Positions 10,071-20,397 of a stretch of 64,000 nt of DNA are shown in pieces; position 1 is the stretch's first letter; every line of letters starts with the position of its first letter. Below the pieces are notes generated by a model. The model saw nothing but the letters and a program-made list of their open reading frames with translations. It ran no database searches and was not told where the DNA came from. Location: contig JBOEGD010000026.1 of NCBI GenBank assembly GCA_050633245.1, forward strand, positions 1 through 64,000, written 5' to 3'. This DNA is from Calditrichia bacterium. Its GTDB lineage: Bacteria; Calditrichota; Calditrichia; RBG-13-44-9; J075. A program made the position numbers and the translations under genes.

Positions 10071-10333
10071 TTCTCGGTAAGGTATGCGGACAAATCAATT
10101 CCACTATCAATCATCCCTTTTACGACGGTAAGCGGTTGCTGATTGTTGAAAAGATCGGATCAGACGGCACGTTCTCTGGTGGTTACCTGATTGCGGTAGA
10201 TTCTGTCGGTGCCGGTGCAGATGAAACGGTCTTGATTGTAGACGAAGGTGGTTCTGCGCGACAGATTATCGGTAACCCCGATGCACCGCTTCGCAGCATA
10301 ATCGTTGGTATTGTGGATGATGTTTCTCTATAG
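10067..10333 (+). CDS. BMC vertex pentamer (EutN/CcmL family)
   Basis: MILGKVCG...AVDSVGAG...EGGSAR...IVGIVD; ATGA overlap with the previous gene. Confidence 0.93.
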   Translation: MILGKVCGQINSTINHPFYDGKRLLIVEKIGSDGTFSGGYLIAVDSVGAGADETVLIVDEGGSARQIIGNPDAPLRSIIVGIVDDVSL

Positions 10334-10339
10334 ATCGGT

Positions 10340-10948
10340 TTAGTGCTTCCTTCCCCGCAATCCCCAAACCAATCCTGCCAAACCAACGAGTAGTGAAACT
10401 CCAATCCAAATGAAAATGTTGTAGGAACCAACCACGCTTCGAAAGACCACCGTGAACAAAAATAGCAACAGGCCGGTTACCTCCCAGCATCGCTGCATTT
10501 CGAAGGCGCTTTTTTGATTAAGCACGGGCTCTTTGTTGAAGAGTATTTTCAACTCATCCCATTCCCACAGTAAAAGCATCAAGTTTGCCAATAGCATGAG
10601 TCCGGTAATAATCGGTGTGCCGCGAAAATCGTATGAGATGGTAACGACAAAGATGTTCGAGATGATCGGTAGAAACATGAGCGCGCCGAGCTTGGAATAG
10701 CGTTGCGTCATTAGAAAGAATGCTGCAACGAGCTGTCCCATGCCGATAAATTGCCAGTAAAGACCGGACTGATACAGCGTCTCAAAAAAATGCCAGGCAG
10801 AGTTTATCGGGGCATCTGCGCCGCTGTCTGTGGTAAATCGGCCACCCATAATCTTTATCATGCTGGCAAATAGAAACGCGCCACCGATTAAATAGCGCGT
10901 GTAGATTATGAGGAGCTGAGCCCACAGGTTGTTCTGTAATTTTCTCAT
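10340..10948 (-). CDS. DoxX-like integral membrane protein
   Basis: Several TM helices; RYLIG..F, GLYWQFIG..Q pattern. Confidence 0.65.
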   Translation of the reverse strand: MRKLQNNLWAQLLIIYTRYLIGGAFLFASMIKIMGGRFTTDSGADAPINSAWHFFETLYQSGLYWQFIGMGQLVAAFFLMTQRYSKLGALMFLPIISNIFVVTISYDFRGTPIITGLMLLANLMLLLWEWDELKILFNKEPVLNQKSAFEMQRCWEVTGLLLFLFTVVFRSVVGSYNIFIWIGVSLLVGLAGLVWGLRGRKH

Positions 10949-11017
10949 TCAAACAGAAACGCACGTTGCTGGGAAAAGTTACCAATCATGGTTGCCGAAA
11001 AACAAATTTTTGCTGCA

Positions 11018-12283
11018 TCAGTAAATAAACGTCAGCTCTTTGCGCTTAAAACTGAGAAGTGTTTTCTGTTTGCTTAGAATCTCATAGCCGACCAGGCCAT
11101 CCAGCTTTAACTGATAACCATCAGCGATATGTGAAATGTCGCTGAAAACCGTTGCTGTTTGCTCAAAAATCTTTCCGCCCATTTCGAGCCTCTTTATCGC
11201 TGCTTTTGTAACGTCACTCGGGTTATTGCCTATTCCAACCAGCTCATCTGTTCTGATATTGTCAAGCGACTCCTTTACAGTTTCGAACAGACTGCTGCTA
11301 AGTAAGTTGCTTTCCGCGCCGCTATCAAGACCGAGCTTAAGTACTTGCTCGTCAATAGTCGCATCTAAAATCGGAATATGATGACCCAATGCAAATGTTT
11401 GAGAACTTGTTTTCGCATCCGGAAAATGAGATTCCAGAAATGCTGTGGAACTTTCGGGTTCGAGCAGAAGGAGTTCTTTATCCGCATAGTTGAAGAATAC
11501 ATCATACGAGCTAAACATTTCATAACCGATTAAGCCGTGAATTTCAGTCTCAAGCTCTTTTTCCAAGTGACTTAGATCGAGCGTGAGCAGCTCTTGATTC
11601 GCTATTTCAATTCCATACCACCCCAGACTCTTAATTTTTATCAGATTCATTCCGGAAACGGCTCCGCCAACGCCTTTGGTGGATGAGATAGTCTTTCTTC
11701 CATCGTCTTCGACTGAGAAGTAGGCAGCGTTAAGAATGACCTTCGGTGAACCGCTGTCGAGCAGGAAGTGTTTGAGCTGACCATTAACGTGCACTTTGGT
11801 TAAAATAAGCTTACCGGCCATTGTGAAGGGAATACGAACGTCCGAGCTGCTCGGTTTACTAAGCTCGGCCTGTTTGTTTGCGTGCTTTACTTCCATTTCA
11901 AAAAGCTCCAGTCCTTCGAGCAGACCACTCTTGTTGAAGATGAATTTTGTTTCTGTAGGACCTTTTTGATCGTAATGAAACGTGTAAATAACGCGCGTTT
12001 GAGCTGCTTCGGCTATCATCCCCTTTTTTTCAATTCGATGAATGCTGTCTCCCAGCTGTAGACAGAGTTGCTTGAATACCATCTTTGCAACCGGACCGCT
12101 TTGGCCGGCAATACTGAAATCATCTGAGAAATAAGGAAACAGCTTTTCTGCTGTGCGAGAATTTAATGATTCGGCTGTTAATTCGGCAACTTTTTGGTAA
12201 GAAGATTCGCTTTGCGCATGTATCGGAGAAATGCCAAAAGATATAAGAAGGACGGCAAATAGCTTTAGTAATTTGGCTTTCAT
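11018..12283 (-). CDS. Secreted retropepsin-like aspartyl protease with two catalytic domains
   Basis: Signal peptide; LLDSGS...GLIG and GLDSGA...GLVG motifs. Confidence 0.85.
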   Translation of the reverse strand: MKAKLLKLFAVLLISFGISPIHAQSESSYQKVAELTAESLNSRTAEKLFPYFSDDFSIAGQSGPVAKMVFKQLCLQLGDSIHRIEKKGMIAEAAQTRVIYTFHYDQKGPTETKFIFNKSGLLEGLELFEMEVKHANKQAELSKPSSSDVRIPFTMAGKLILTKVHVNGQLKHFLLDSGSPKVILNAAYFSVEDDGRKTISSTKGVGGAVSGMNLIKIKSLGWYGIEIANQELLTLDLSHLEKELETEIHGLIGYEMFSSYDVFFNYADKELLLLEPESSTAFLESHFPDAKTSSQTFALGHHIPILDATIDEQVLKLGLDSGAESNLLSSSLFETVKESLDNIRTDELVGIGNNPSDVTKAAIKRLEMGGKIFEQTATVFSDISHIADGYQLKLDGLVGYEILSKQKTLLSFKRKELTFIY

Positions 12284-12421
12284 ACAATAGCGTGGTTGGC
12301 GTTCTCGATATGGATTCATTTTGTGCTCCGGTTTTCGGGGTGGTCGGTGAGATATCAGTGAGACGCCGCAAGCACATAAATAGTTGAGTTTGCTGAGACA
12401 GAATGTTTTTTCAGATTCCGT

Positions 12422-12778
12422 TTATGTCCAGTTAAAAAAGCGATAGGGGATATTGTTTTCGATAAAAAAGGTTTTAATATCTCGGAATGCTTCTCTTGAC
12501 TTAAAAGAATCCGCAAACCAGTCGAGTAGATCATTATCCTCTGAAACGTTCTTTTTTGACTTTTGCCAGATTCTATCTCTTAGCTGATAAATGTGCTCCT
12601 TTTCGACGGTTAAATAAAGCTCATCATCCCAATCGCCACGAACCTTTTTGACCGTTTCGCCATATTCAACACAGAGAATGGTAAGCTGCCCCTTTTCGGA
12701 AAAATAGATTTCAACGGATACGCCGTTTTTGCCGTCATCTTCTTTGTATAAACTCCGGGAGTTCACCTTGTCCGACAT
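12422..12778 (-). CDS. Hypothetical protein
   Basis: 118-aa ORF in a co-oriented run with SD; no family recognised. Confidence 0.7.
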   Translation of the reverse strand: MSDKVNSRSLYKEDDGKNGVSVEIYFSEKGQLTILCVEYGETVKKVRGDWDDELYLTVEKEHIYQLRDRIWQKSKKNVSEDNDLLDWFADSFKSREAFRDIKTFFIENNIPYRFFNWT

Positions 12779-12787
12779 TTTTAATCC

Positions 12788-13201
12788 TTATTTGTTTTCG
12801 TTACGCATAACGATCATTGTGGCCTGCATTTTGGCAAAAACCTTTTCCTGAGCTGCATCGGTTATCAGTCCGTCGCAAATAACCAGAGTTCGCCCAGACT
12901 TAAATACGGTTCCGATCGCAAGAATGCGATTCGTTTTAGCTGGACGCAGCATATTAATCTTAAATTCGACGCTCAAGACATCGGCGTCTTTCGGCATAAC
13001 GGATAGGGCCGCGTAGCCGCAGGCAGTGTCTGCCAGACTGCTCATCACCCCGGCGTGAAAATAACCGTGTTGTTGTGAGAGGCTATCGCTAAATGCACAG
13101 CTTAAAATCACTTCTCTTTCAGAAATAGATTCTATTTGCGCCCCAAGCGTTTGCATTAAACCCTGTTTGTTGAAGCTGTCCATTATTTTTTGTTCAATCA
13201 T
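12788..13201 (-). CDS. PaaI-family thioesterase
   Basis: QQHGYFHAG..DTACG, EFKINMLRPA hotdog motifs. Confidence 0.92.
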   Translation of the reverse strand: MIEQKIMDSFNKQGLMQTLGAQIESISEREVILSCAFSDSLSQQHGYFHAGVMSSLADTACGYAALSVMPKDADVLSVEFKINMLRPAKTNRILAIGTVFKSGRTLVICDGLITDAAQEKVFAKMQATMIVMRNENK

Positions 13202-13226
13202 ATTCAGGCATCTTTCTTCTCGATAG

Positions 13227-14375
13227 CTATTTCTTCAGATACGACTGAAGAAAGTAATTGCGTATTGGACGAACAGCCTTCTCAGCACCCTCATCAGCAG
13301 AGTTACTTATAATTGCTACAGCAATATCCATTTTTTTAAATAGAATAATATAGCAATGGAATGTCCCGGCGCTCCCGGTGTGCGTACTCAGTGTATCGTT
13401 AAAGCGTTTTGTTGCGCCCCAACCAACAGAATAGGAGGTTGTCTCCATGCTGCTGTAGTGTAGATGCTCGTAAAATGTCGCGGGAAATTGTTTGTCATTT
13501 CCATTGAGGCCGGACAAATGTTTCTGAATATAAACAACATAGTCTTGCAACGACAGACTCACATCCCCTGATGGAGCAAGAATGGGGTCAATGTTAAAGT
13601 GTTCCGGGGGATGCGGCCTTAGTGTCTTGCTGCTATCTGCTTCGCCGGTCCAATGTCCCCACGGCTGCGAGGGTTCTGCTTGAGCAGGCCAGCCAATGAG
13701 ACCGTCTATGCCCAGTGGTTGAAAGATTTCTTTTTCCAGCATGCTACTCCAGGATTTCCCGGTAGCCTTTTCCAGCATGCTGGTTGCGACAGCATATCCG
13801 GCATTTGAATAAACATACCCTTGTTTTAAAGCTGCTGAGTCCATTACGACTGTATCCATCTGTAAGACCCACTTCGCAAAATTGTAGCGACGTTTTACCG
13901 GATCATTTTCCGTAAAGCGCTCGAGCAATTCCCACTCGACGTCTTCGGTAAAAGGCTGAACTCTGGCGGTATGGTTTAGAAGTTGCTGAAGAGTCACATT
14001 TTTATAGCGCGAATTGATTTCCGTTTCAAGCTCCGGAAACACATCGACTACTCTGCTGTCCCACCGAATCTTGCCGCTTTCCACAACAATTCCGGCGAGG
14101 TGTCCTGTTATGGCTTTGCTGCAAGAGCCGAGATGTAGTTTATCTTCTTTTTTCAGAAGCGGATCAGCCCCAAGTTTGCGGACGCCTGCGGTGGCAATGT
14201 TGAGTATTGTATCGCTTTGAAAAAAGGCGACCGCGATACCGGGAATTTGATGCTCAGATATTGTAGTGTTCAGGAATAACTGCAGCGAATCTGCGTGAAT
14301 GGTTTTAGCATCCTTTGCCTGCATTGAAAGGCTAAACAGCAGACAAATAAGCAAACGTCCAATAATATTGTGCAT
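13227..14375 (-). CDS. Serine hydrolase, beta-lactamase class C-like
   Basis: SCSK, LLNHT, YSN, HTGS motifs; signal peptide. Confidence 0.9.
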   Translation of the reverse strand: MHNIIGRLLICLLFSLSMQAKDAKTIHADSLQLFLNTTISEHQIPGIAVAFFQSDTILNIATAGVRKLGADPLLKKEDKLHLGSCSKAITGHLAGIVVESGKIRWDSRVVDVFPELETEINSRYKNVTLQQLLNHTARVQPFTEDVEWELLERFTENDPVKRRYNFAKWVLQMDTVVMDSAALKQGYVYSNAGYAVATSMLEKATGKSWSSMLEKEIFQPLGIDGLIGWPAQAEPSQPWGHWTGEADSSKTLRPHPPEHFNIDPILAPSGDVSLSLQDYVVYIQKHLSGLNGNDKQFPATFYEHLHYSSMETTSYSVGWGATKRFNDTLSTHTGSAGTFHCYIILFKKMDIAVAIISNSADEGAEKAVRPIRNYFLQSYLKK

Positions 14376-14441
14376 AAGGATTCTTTCGTTGTGTGAGCTT
14401 CTAATACGGAGGAACAAACGAGAAAGTTTTCGTATAGGACG

Positions 14442-14942
14442 TTAATCTATGCTTCGATCGCTTACCTGCTCGGCGGTTAATCCATAAAGTGGAGGCAGAT
14501 CGATTCCTAACAGGCCAAGATAAAGAAAGAGTTGACCGCGATGGTGAACCTCGTGTTCTACCATCGCGCGTAGCCATTTCCAAAGAGTGATTTCAATTCC
14601 TGCCGGGGTCATTGCTTTTCTTTGCAGATCGTCCTCCGAGAGTTTCGCGAAAATAGCGAATGACTCTTCCTGCATATCATTATAGAATTGGATTGTTGCA
14701 TCATAGCCGTTGGCGTATTCGCTGCCACATCCCTTGTATCGGCTGGGTTGAAACTGGGCATTCTCGGCATACATATTTCGCTCGATTAAGGCCAGATGAC
14801 GAATAATATCCCCGATGGTAAACTTACCGGTTTGGTAAGTCCACTCAATTTTATCTGCGGGTATGGATGGGAATAGCATTCGTGTACGGTCTTTTATTCT
14901 CCCATAATATTTCAGAAAATCTGTGGCATATGTAATCTGCAT
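14442..14942 (-). CDS. DinB family protein
   Basis: IRHL...EHEVHHRGQ metal triad. Confidence 0.9.
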   Translation of the reverse strand: MQITYATDFLKYYGRIKDRTRMLFPSIPADKIEWTYQTGKFTIGDIIRHLALIERNMYAENAQFQPSRYKGCGSEYANGYDATIQFYNDMQEESFAIFAKLSEDDLQRKAMTPAGIEITLWKWLRAMVEHEVHHRGQLFLYLGLLGIDLPPLYGLTAEQVSDRSID

Positions 14943-14956
14943 TCGCCCTCTTTTGA

Positions 14957-16624
14957 TTAGATTAATCCACTGATATTGCCATTTTCATCGATATCCATTC
15001 CGTTTGAGGCAGGATTTGCCGGTAGGCCGGGCATACGCATTATGGCGCCGGTAATGGGAACCAGGAAGCCTGCGCCGGCTGCTATTTCAATTTCACGAAC
15101 TGTGATGGTAAAGCCCGTTGGGCGCCCCAGAAGTTTCGCATTGTCTGAAAGCGACTTCTGTGTTTTTGCAATGCAAACCGGTAAGCCTTCCAGTTCAAGT
15201 TTGGCAATAGTGCGCAGATCTTTTTTTGCTTTCGCGGAGTATTCTACCTTATCGGCACCATAGATTTTTGTGGCTATAGTCTCGATTTTCGTTTTAATGT
15301 CGCTATCCCAACTGTAGAGCGGTGTAAAGCTGCTCTTGTTCTCTTCTACAATCTCGACAACCTGTTTGGCAAGCTCCTCGGCTCCCTTTCCACCACTAGA
15401 CCACACATCCGATTCGGCAACCCGAATTCCAAGACGTGCGGCTTCATCTTTAATAATTTGAATCTCTTCCGGACTGTCGCTGGTAAACTTATTAATTGAA
15501 ATAACCGGTGTAATGTTGAACCGGGCAATGTTTTCCAGATGCTTTTGCATGTTTGGCAATCCCTTGATCAGCGCGTCGGTATCTGGTGTGGTCAACTCTT
15601 TCAGGCTGGCGCCACCGTGATATTTTAGCGCGCGGATTGTCGTTGTCAGAACAATTGCTTTGGGTGCAAGTCCGGCACTTTGGCACTTAATATCCAGAAA
15701 CTTTTCGCCACCGAGGTCGAACCCAAACCCGGCCTCCGTTACAACGTAGTCTGCCAGGCTCATGCCAATTCGCGTAGCGATAACCGTATTGGTTCCCTGG
15801 GCAATATTTGCAAATGGGCCACCGTGAATGATCGCCGGATTTCCTTCAATTGTTTGAACAAGGTTCGGTTTAATAGCGTCTTTCAGCAGAGCGGTCATAG
15901 CACCTTCTGCTTTTAGATCGCGCGCATAAATTGGCTTTTTGTCGAAGGTGAAGCCGATAAATATTCCTGCCAGTCGCTCCTTTAGATCGCTTCGGCTTTC
16001 CGATAAACAAAGGATTGCCATGATTTCAGAGGCTGCGGTAATGTCGAAGCCGGTTTCGCGCGGGATGCCGCCTGTGGTGCCGCCAAGCCCGACAACGATT
16101 TTGCGCAATGCCCGGTCATTCATGTCCATCACGCGTTTCCACACTACTGTTCGTGGGTCGATGCCCAGCGAAGTGGACTTACTTTGAATATTGTTGTCAA
16201 TCAAAGCTGCCAGTAGATTATGTGCTTTTTCTATAGCGGAGAAATCTCCGGTGAAGTGCAGGTTTATATCCTCCATCGGCAGCACCTGTGAGTAGCCACC
16301 GCCGGTTGCGCCGCCCTTGATACCGAAGACTGGCCCAAGCGAAGGTTCTCGCAATACCACCACGGTTTTCTTCCCGATGCGGTTGAGACCTTCCGACAAT
16401 CCGATAGACGTTGTTGTCTTTCCTTCTCCCGGTGGTGTTGGGGAAATGGCAGAGACGAGAATCAAATTGCACCTCGATGCGCTATCTTCATTGTAGAGCG
16501 ACAGAGGGAGTTTGGCCTTGTGTTTACCATACATTTCAAGGTCGTCGGCTTGTAAACCCATTTTTGCTGCGATATCCTGAATGGGGCGGAGTTCTACCTG
16601 TCGAGCAATGTCGAGATCGTTCAT
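14957..16624 (-). CDS. fhs: Formate--tetrahydrofolate ligase
   Basis: PGEGKTT, LREPSLGP, GGATGGG, HGGPFANIA, TEAGFG, MPGLP. Confidence 0.97.
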   Translation of the reverse strand: MNDLDIARQVELRPIQDIAAKMGLQADDLEMYGKHKAKLPLSLYNEDSASRCNLILVSAISPTPPGEGKTTTSIGLSEGLNRIGKKTVVVLREPSLGPVFGIKGGATGGGYSQVLPMEDINLHFTGDFSAIEKAHNLLAALIDNNIQSKSTSLGIDPRTVVWKRVMDMNDRALRKIVVGLGGTTGGIPRETGFDITAASEIMAILCLSESRSDLKERLAGIFIGFTFDKKPIYARDLKAEGAMTALLKDAIKPNLVQTIEGNPAIIHGGPFANIAQGTNTVIATRIGMSLADYVVTEAGFGFDLGGEKFLDIKCQSAGLAPKAIVLTTTIRALKYHGGASLKELTTPDTDALIKGLPNMQKHLENIARFNITPVISINKFTSDSPEEIQIIKDEAARLGIRVAESDVWSSGGKGAEELAKQVVEIVEENKSSFTPLYSWDSDIKTKIETIATKIYGADKVEYSAKAKKDLRTIAKLELEGLPVCIAKTQKSLSDNAKLLGRPTGFTITVREIEIAAGAGFLVPITGAIMRMPGLPANPASNGMDIDENGNISGLI

Positions 16625-16808
16625 GTTTTCCTCAAGTTGGCGTGTGTAGGATAAGATGTGCTTCTTAAAAACTACAGACAGGAAGGTGAAAAAGTCAAGG
16701 TGGAATCGGGATTCAGCAATGTTGCAATGAGACAGAAATGAAATTGAGAAGCAGTGAGAAAAGAAAGTGAGAAACAGTTAGAAAGGTAATGGGGGGCAAT
16801 GAGTCCGC

Positions 16809-16829
16809 GTCAGACTGAGCGGAGTCGAA
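16809..16829. repeat. Dispersed REP-like element GTCAGRCTGAGCGGAGTCGAA (second copy 41250-41270)
   Basis: Two intergenic copies differing by 1 nt. Confidence 0.7.
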
Positions 16830-16897
16830 ATCAGAGCGAGCTGGAATAGAGCTATGAGGCTATTTGTGTTGGCATCTTGCAGTGGCAAGAGTAGATT

Positions 16898-16961
16898 CCG
16901 TTCACCGTTCACCGTTCACCGTTCACCGTTCACCGTTCACCGTTCACCGTTCACCGTTCAC
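16898..16961. repeat. Heptamer tandem repeat (TTCACCG) x ~9 overlapping the stop codon of the GNAT gene
   Basis: Perfect copies; shorter runs at about 3641-3663 and 27719-27743. Confidence 0.95.
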
Positions 16962-17410
16962 ACTTCCAGAAAAAACCGTTCCTTGCTCTTTGACGTTGCA
17001 CCGATGCGATGGTAAAATTTGATTGCCCGGATATTAAAGTCCGGTGTTTGCCACTGAATCAGGCTGCATCCGAGCTTTTCCGCTTCCCGCTTAATTCGAT
17101 CCATTAGCTGTTCTCCAATACCACGCCCGCGACTGTCACCTGTCATAAATAAACAATCCATGTAGATATAGAATGCGGCATCCCACGTAGAATATTGCTT
17201 CATATAGGTTGCATATCCTATCAGTTTACTTTCCAGCTCAACAACGAGACAGTGCAGTGACGGAGGATCGGAGAAAATAGATTGTGTCAGTCTATCTGTG
17301 ATGCCATCAGGATTAAACTCAGCCTTTTCGAAGGCCGCATGTGCAGAGATTAAGTCGATGAGCGTTTCGATATCGGTTTCTCGTGCAAAACGAATAAGGT
17401 GAGTGGACAC
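16958..17410 (-). CDS. GNAT acetyltransferase (diamine acetyltransferase-like)
   Basis: HAAFEK, YSTW, RGRGIG, AIKFY; GTG start. Confidence 0.88.
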   Translation of the reverse strand: MSTHLIRFARETDIETLIDLISAHAAFEKAEFNPDGITDRLTQSIFSDPPSLHCLVVELESKLIGYATYMKQYSTWDAAFYIYMDCLFMTGDSRGRGIGEQLMDRIKREAEKLGCSLIQWQTPDFNIRAIKFYHRIGATSKSKERFFLEV

Positions 17411-17470
17411 GTGTTTCTCCCTAAGTTTAGTTACGACTTTTCTGATTGGAAATACCGATTTGTGCGATTT

Positions 17471-18439
17471 TTATCTTGGCATCCGCTTAGAAAAGCCATC
17501 TTTACCAACCATCCAAATATATTTATCGCTGAGCGAAATCCGGTGAATATCCGGCAAGGTTTCTTCAGAAGTAGTCCAGGTGAGCCCATCATCGTGCGAT
17601 ATAAACATATTACCCGGTTCTTTATTGGTATCGCCAACCGCAATCCAATAACTATCCTTGATATATGCAATCTTTCGGATTCTATTTGATGTCAATTGTT
17701 GGGTTGTCCATGTCTTGCCGTAGTCCACTGAACGTATGGCATGTCCGGAAAATGCAACCGCGATAATCAAATCGTCTTTAAATGCCATATCCCGAATTTG
17801 CGCAACTGTTGATGTACTGTCTTTAAATACGGTTTCCCAGGCTTCTCCTTGCCCGGGTTGATGAACAATTCCGGCACCGCTTCCCCACAGTTCATTACTC
17901 TTCCCCGCCTCAATATTCAACAAAATAAGGGGGAGGGTTTCACTGATATTCTCCCAGTTTTCACCACCATTCCTGGTATGGTAAAACCTTTTTAGAATCT
18001 TGCGCTCTGCCCTATTCAACTCCATTCCCGATAAATATCCTTCATGCTCTGAAAGAAAGAGCATGCCATAAAATAGCAGGTTCTTATTTTCCTCTGAAGG
18101 GAACTTTGCATTATGATTTTTCCAGGTCGTGCCGCCATCCGAGGTTGAGAAGAGGCTTCCGCTCTCACCACAGAGCCAACCGTCTTTGTGGTTGAGAAAT
18201 TGAATCTGTTCCAAATAAAGTGAGTCCAGCGATGCCAGTTTCGTCCAGCTTATATTGCCATCCCGGGATTCATAAACCTGTCCACTGCCATATGAATAGG
18301 CAATAGCGTGATCGTCACTTAATACTTCAATGTCGTGGAGAGATTCTGTGAGAGTAATAGGCTGTTTTTCGATCGACTGAGAGCATGCGGTGCATAGGGC
18401 GAGCAGTGTGCATACGGCGAAGTTGAAGAAGTCTTTCAT
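17471..18439 (-). CDS. YCF48/BNR-repeat beta-propeller lipoprotein
   Basis: Repeated (S/T)xDGGxTW Asp-boxes; lipobox-like CTAC. Confidence 0.85.
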   Translation of the reverse strand: MKDFFNFAVCTLLALCTACSQSIEKQPITLTESLHDIEVLSDDHAIAYSYGSGQVYESRDGNISWTKLASLDSLYLEQIQFLNHKDGWLCGESGSLFSTSDGGTTWKNHNAKFPSEENKNLLFYGMLFLSEHEGYLSGMELNRAERKILKRFYHTRNGGENWENISETLPLILLNIEAGKSNELWGSGAGIVHQPGQGEAWETVFKDSTSTVAQIRDMAFKDDLIIAVAFSGHAIRSVDYGKTWTTQQLTSNRIRKIAYIKDSYWIAVGDTNKEPGNMFISHDDGLTWTTSEETLPDIHRISLSDKYIWMVGKDGFSKRMPR

Positions 18440-18514
18440 TAGAACCTGTCGGGTTTTATGGAAGCGTGAGTTTTTTTGAAACCGGAATTGCATAAATACT
18501 CGATTTTGGTTCAG

Positions 18515-18883
18515 TTATGCAAGAAATAAATGAAGAGCCCCGCACAAACCTGCGCCAATAATCAGGAACCATGAGGTTGCAGAGCGAAACGTATTTTGCG
18601 GATAGAATGCAAGAGCGATATGTAGAAATACGTGAACTATAAGAAAAATGTCTAGCCCTTTTTTGAAAACCAGTTTAGACTCCGGGCTTATATCTGGAGA
18701 AAATAATGAGTAGAAAATCCAAATGTAGAGCGGTACATGTGTCAGAGTAAAGACTGAATAGCCTGCCTTGTCCGACATCCAATAGGTGAGTGGAAAAATA
18801 CGCCATTCCTTGTTGTAAATAGCGTCCATCTCATGGGTTAAAATAAATGCAAGTCCGGCGTAGAAAAGAATATCAACATTCAT
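18515..18883 (-). CDS. Small membrane protein (DUF6713/HXXEE-like)
   Basis: THEMDA..EWRIFP, 4 TM segments with conserved His. Confidence 0.65.
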   Translation of the reverse strand: MNVDILFYAGLAFILTHEMDAIYNKEWRIFPLTYWMSDKAGYSVFTLTHVPLYIWIFYSLFSPDISPESKLVFKKGLDIFLIVHVFLHIALAFYPQNTFRSATSWFLIIGAGLCGALHLFLA

Positions 18884-18892
18884 CAGGCAATC

Positions 18893-19528
18893 TCAATTGG
18901 GTTGAGATGAAATAATGGTGCGCAGCTGGTGGCTATTAAACATGGCTGCCGGAGAAATTACTTTTTCATTTAATGGGAGTGAATCACCATAGCGCTCGGG
19001 TAGCTTGACCCGTACGCGAGGGTGATCCAGCTTGAAGTCTTTCAGCTTTTCCAGCTGACCAATCTCGATGTTGACGGCTTCCTTATAGAGTTTCCAAACA
19101 AGTTCAGAACAGTAAATTCGTTCATTGGACCATTCAAAATATAGATCGTAGCTCTTGCCGGCATATTTTTCTCCCAGATCCTGCATTCTTGCAAGTGCAG
19201 ATGGCGTTAAAATCGTTTTTGACTTTTTTAAGCGCTTCACGACATAGTGTTTATCTTTTCCGCGCGCAACCCACTGATTCAACGGTTTCAGCTTTACAGG
19301 CTGAACAGCCTCAAAAACATACCAGTTTGCCTCGTGTTCATACAAAATTCCCATATGACTGTAGCGCGAATTTGTCGCCAGCTGAATGGCTAAACTTTGC
19401 GCAGACGTTGATTCGTGAAAAATAATATCACCATTCTCAAGTCGGGATGTTTCAGGGGTTTCTGAACAGGAGAATAGATACATAGCAGTTAATACAATAA
19501 GGGCATGAGTTCTGATTATTGATTTCAA
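18893..19528 (-). CDS. YiiX/YebB-like permuted NlpC/P60 cysteine hydrolase, lipoprotein
   Basis: GDIIF, SHMG, EAVQPV, YCSELVWK; LFSC lipobox; TTG start. Confidence 0.9.
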   Translation of the reverse strand: MKSIIRTHALIVLTAMYLFSCSETPETSRLENGDIIFHESTSAQSLAIQLATNSRYSHMGILYEHEANWYVFEAVQPVKLKPLNQWVARGKDKHYVVKRLKKSKTILTPSALARMQDLGEKYAGKSYDLYFEWSNERIYCSELVWKLYKEAVNIEIGQLEKLKDFKLDHPRVRVKLPERYGDSLPLNEKVISPAAMFNSHQLRTIISSQPN

Positions 19529-19566
19529 GAAACTACTTTCTATCTATGTACAAAAAACCATTGGAG

Positions 19567-20322
19567 TTACAACGTGAATAGCGACTCACCAAGCATCATT
19601 ACAATGTGTGTGGCCATATGCGCAATAATTGCCGCCTCCAGCCCTTGTTTCCAATATAACCAGCCAAAGATGAGTCCACCAACTGAATTCCCGAGAAGTA
19701 TGTAGCTTAGCAGTATTGAGGAAGGCGATTCCACCGTTTGAAACACGATGGGAAAGTGACCAAGTGCGAATAATAGTGAGGAAATTAGAATGCCACTCCA
19801 GTATACTGCTGGAGAGAGGGCCTTCGTCATTTTTGATACGATCCAGACTGCCAGTGTCATTACGCCGAAACGCAGCAGCAACTCTTCGGTTATTCCACCA
19901 TAGAGCAGACGAGCAAAAATAGAAAGCTCTATTTTTTGAGATGCTTCGTTGAATTCTGTTGGAAGATAGGGCTGAAAAAGCAGACCGGTACATACAATCA
20001 AGCTACCCGAAAGAGCTCCACCGAACAGTCCGTATTTGATAGTTTCAGCGAAGCTTTTTTCAGACTGTTCAATGTCATTCTCAGGAAAAAGTAAGGGTAA
20101 CTGAAGATTTACCTTGTCGAACAGAAGGATACCGATAATCAGTGCAATTATTAAGAGAACCATCGGATTGATAAGTGTTAGCATCTTCAGTTCATTCGGT
20201 GAAAACCTCTCAGCTATTTCAGTAGGAATGGAGTCCATTGGAATTTGAATGGTTAGAAGAGATAAAATGCCAAGAAGTCCGAGAAAAAAAAGAAGCAGGA
20301 AAAGCTTAAGTTTTGTGTTCAT
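19567..20322 (-). CDS. CPBP (CAAX/Abi) intramembrane metalloprotease
   Basis: EELLLR, FALGH, AH..TH motifs. Confidence 0.9.
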   Translation of the reverse strand: MNTKLKLFLLLFFLGLLGILSLLTIQIPMDSIPTEIAERFSPNELKMLTLINPMVLLIIALIIGILLFDKVNLQLPLLFPENDIEQSEKSFAETIKYGLFGGALSGSLIVCTGLLFQPYLPTEFNEASQKIELSIFARLLYGGITEELLLRFGVMTLAVWIVSKMTKALSPAVYWSGILISSLLFALGHFPIVFQTVESPSSILLSYILLGNSVGGLIFGWLYWKQGLEAAIIAHMATHIVMMLGESLFTL

Positions 20323-20397
20323 GCGAGTAACCGGGGTTTAATGAGTTGCCGTCTTTGTAGAATTACCCGCGAGGAAGAGAAATATTCATTTATAGTA

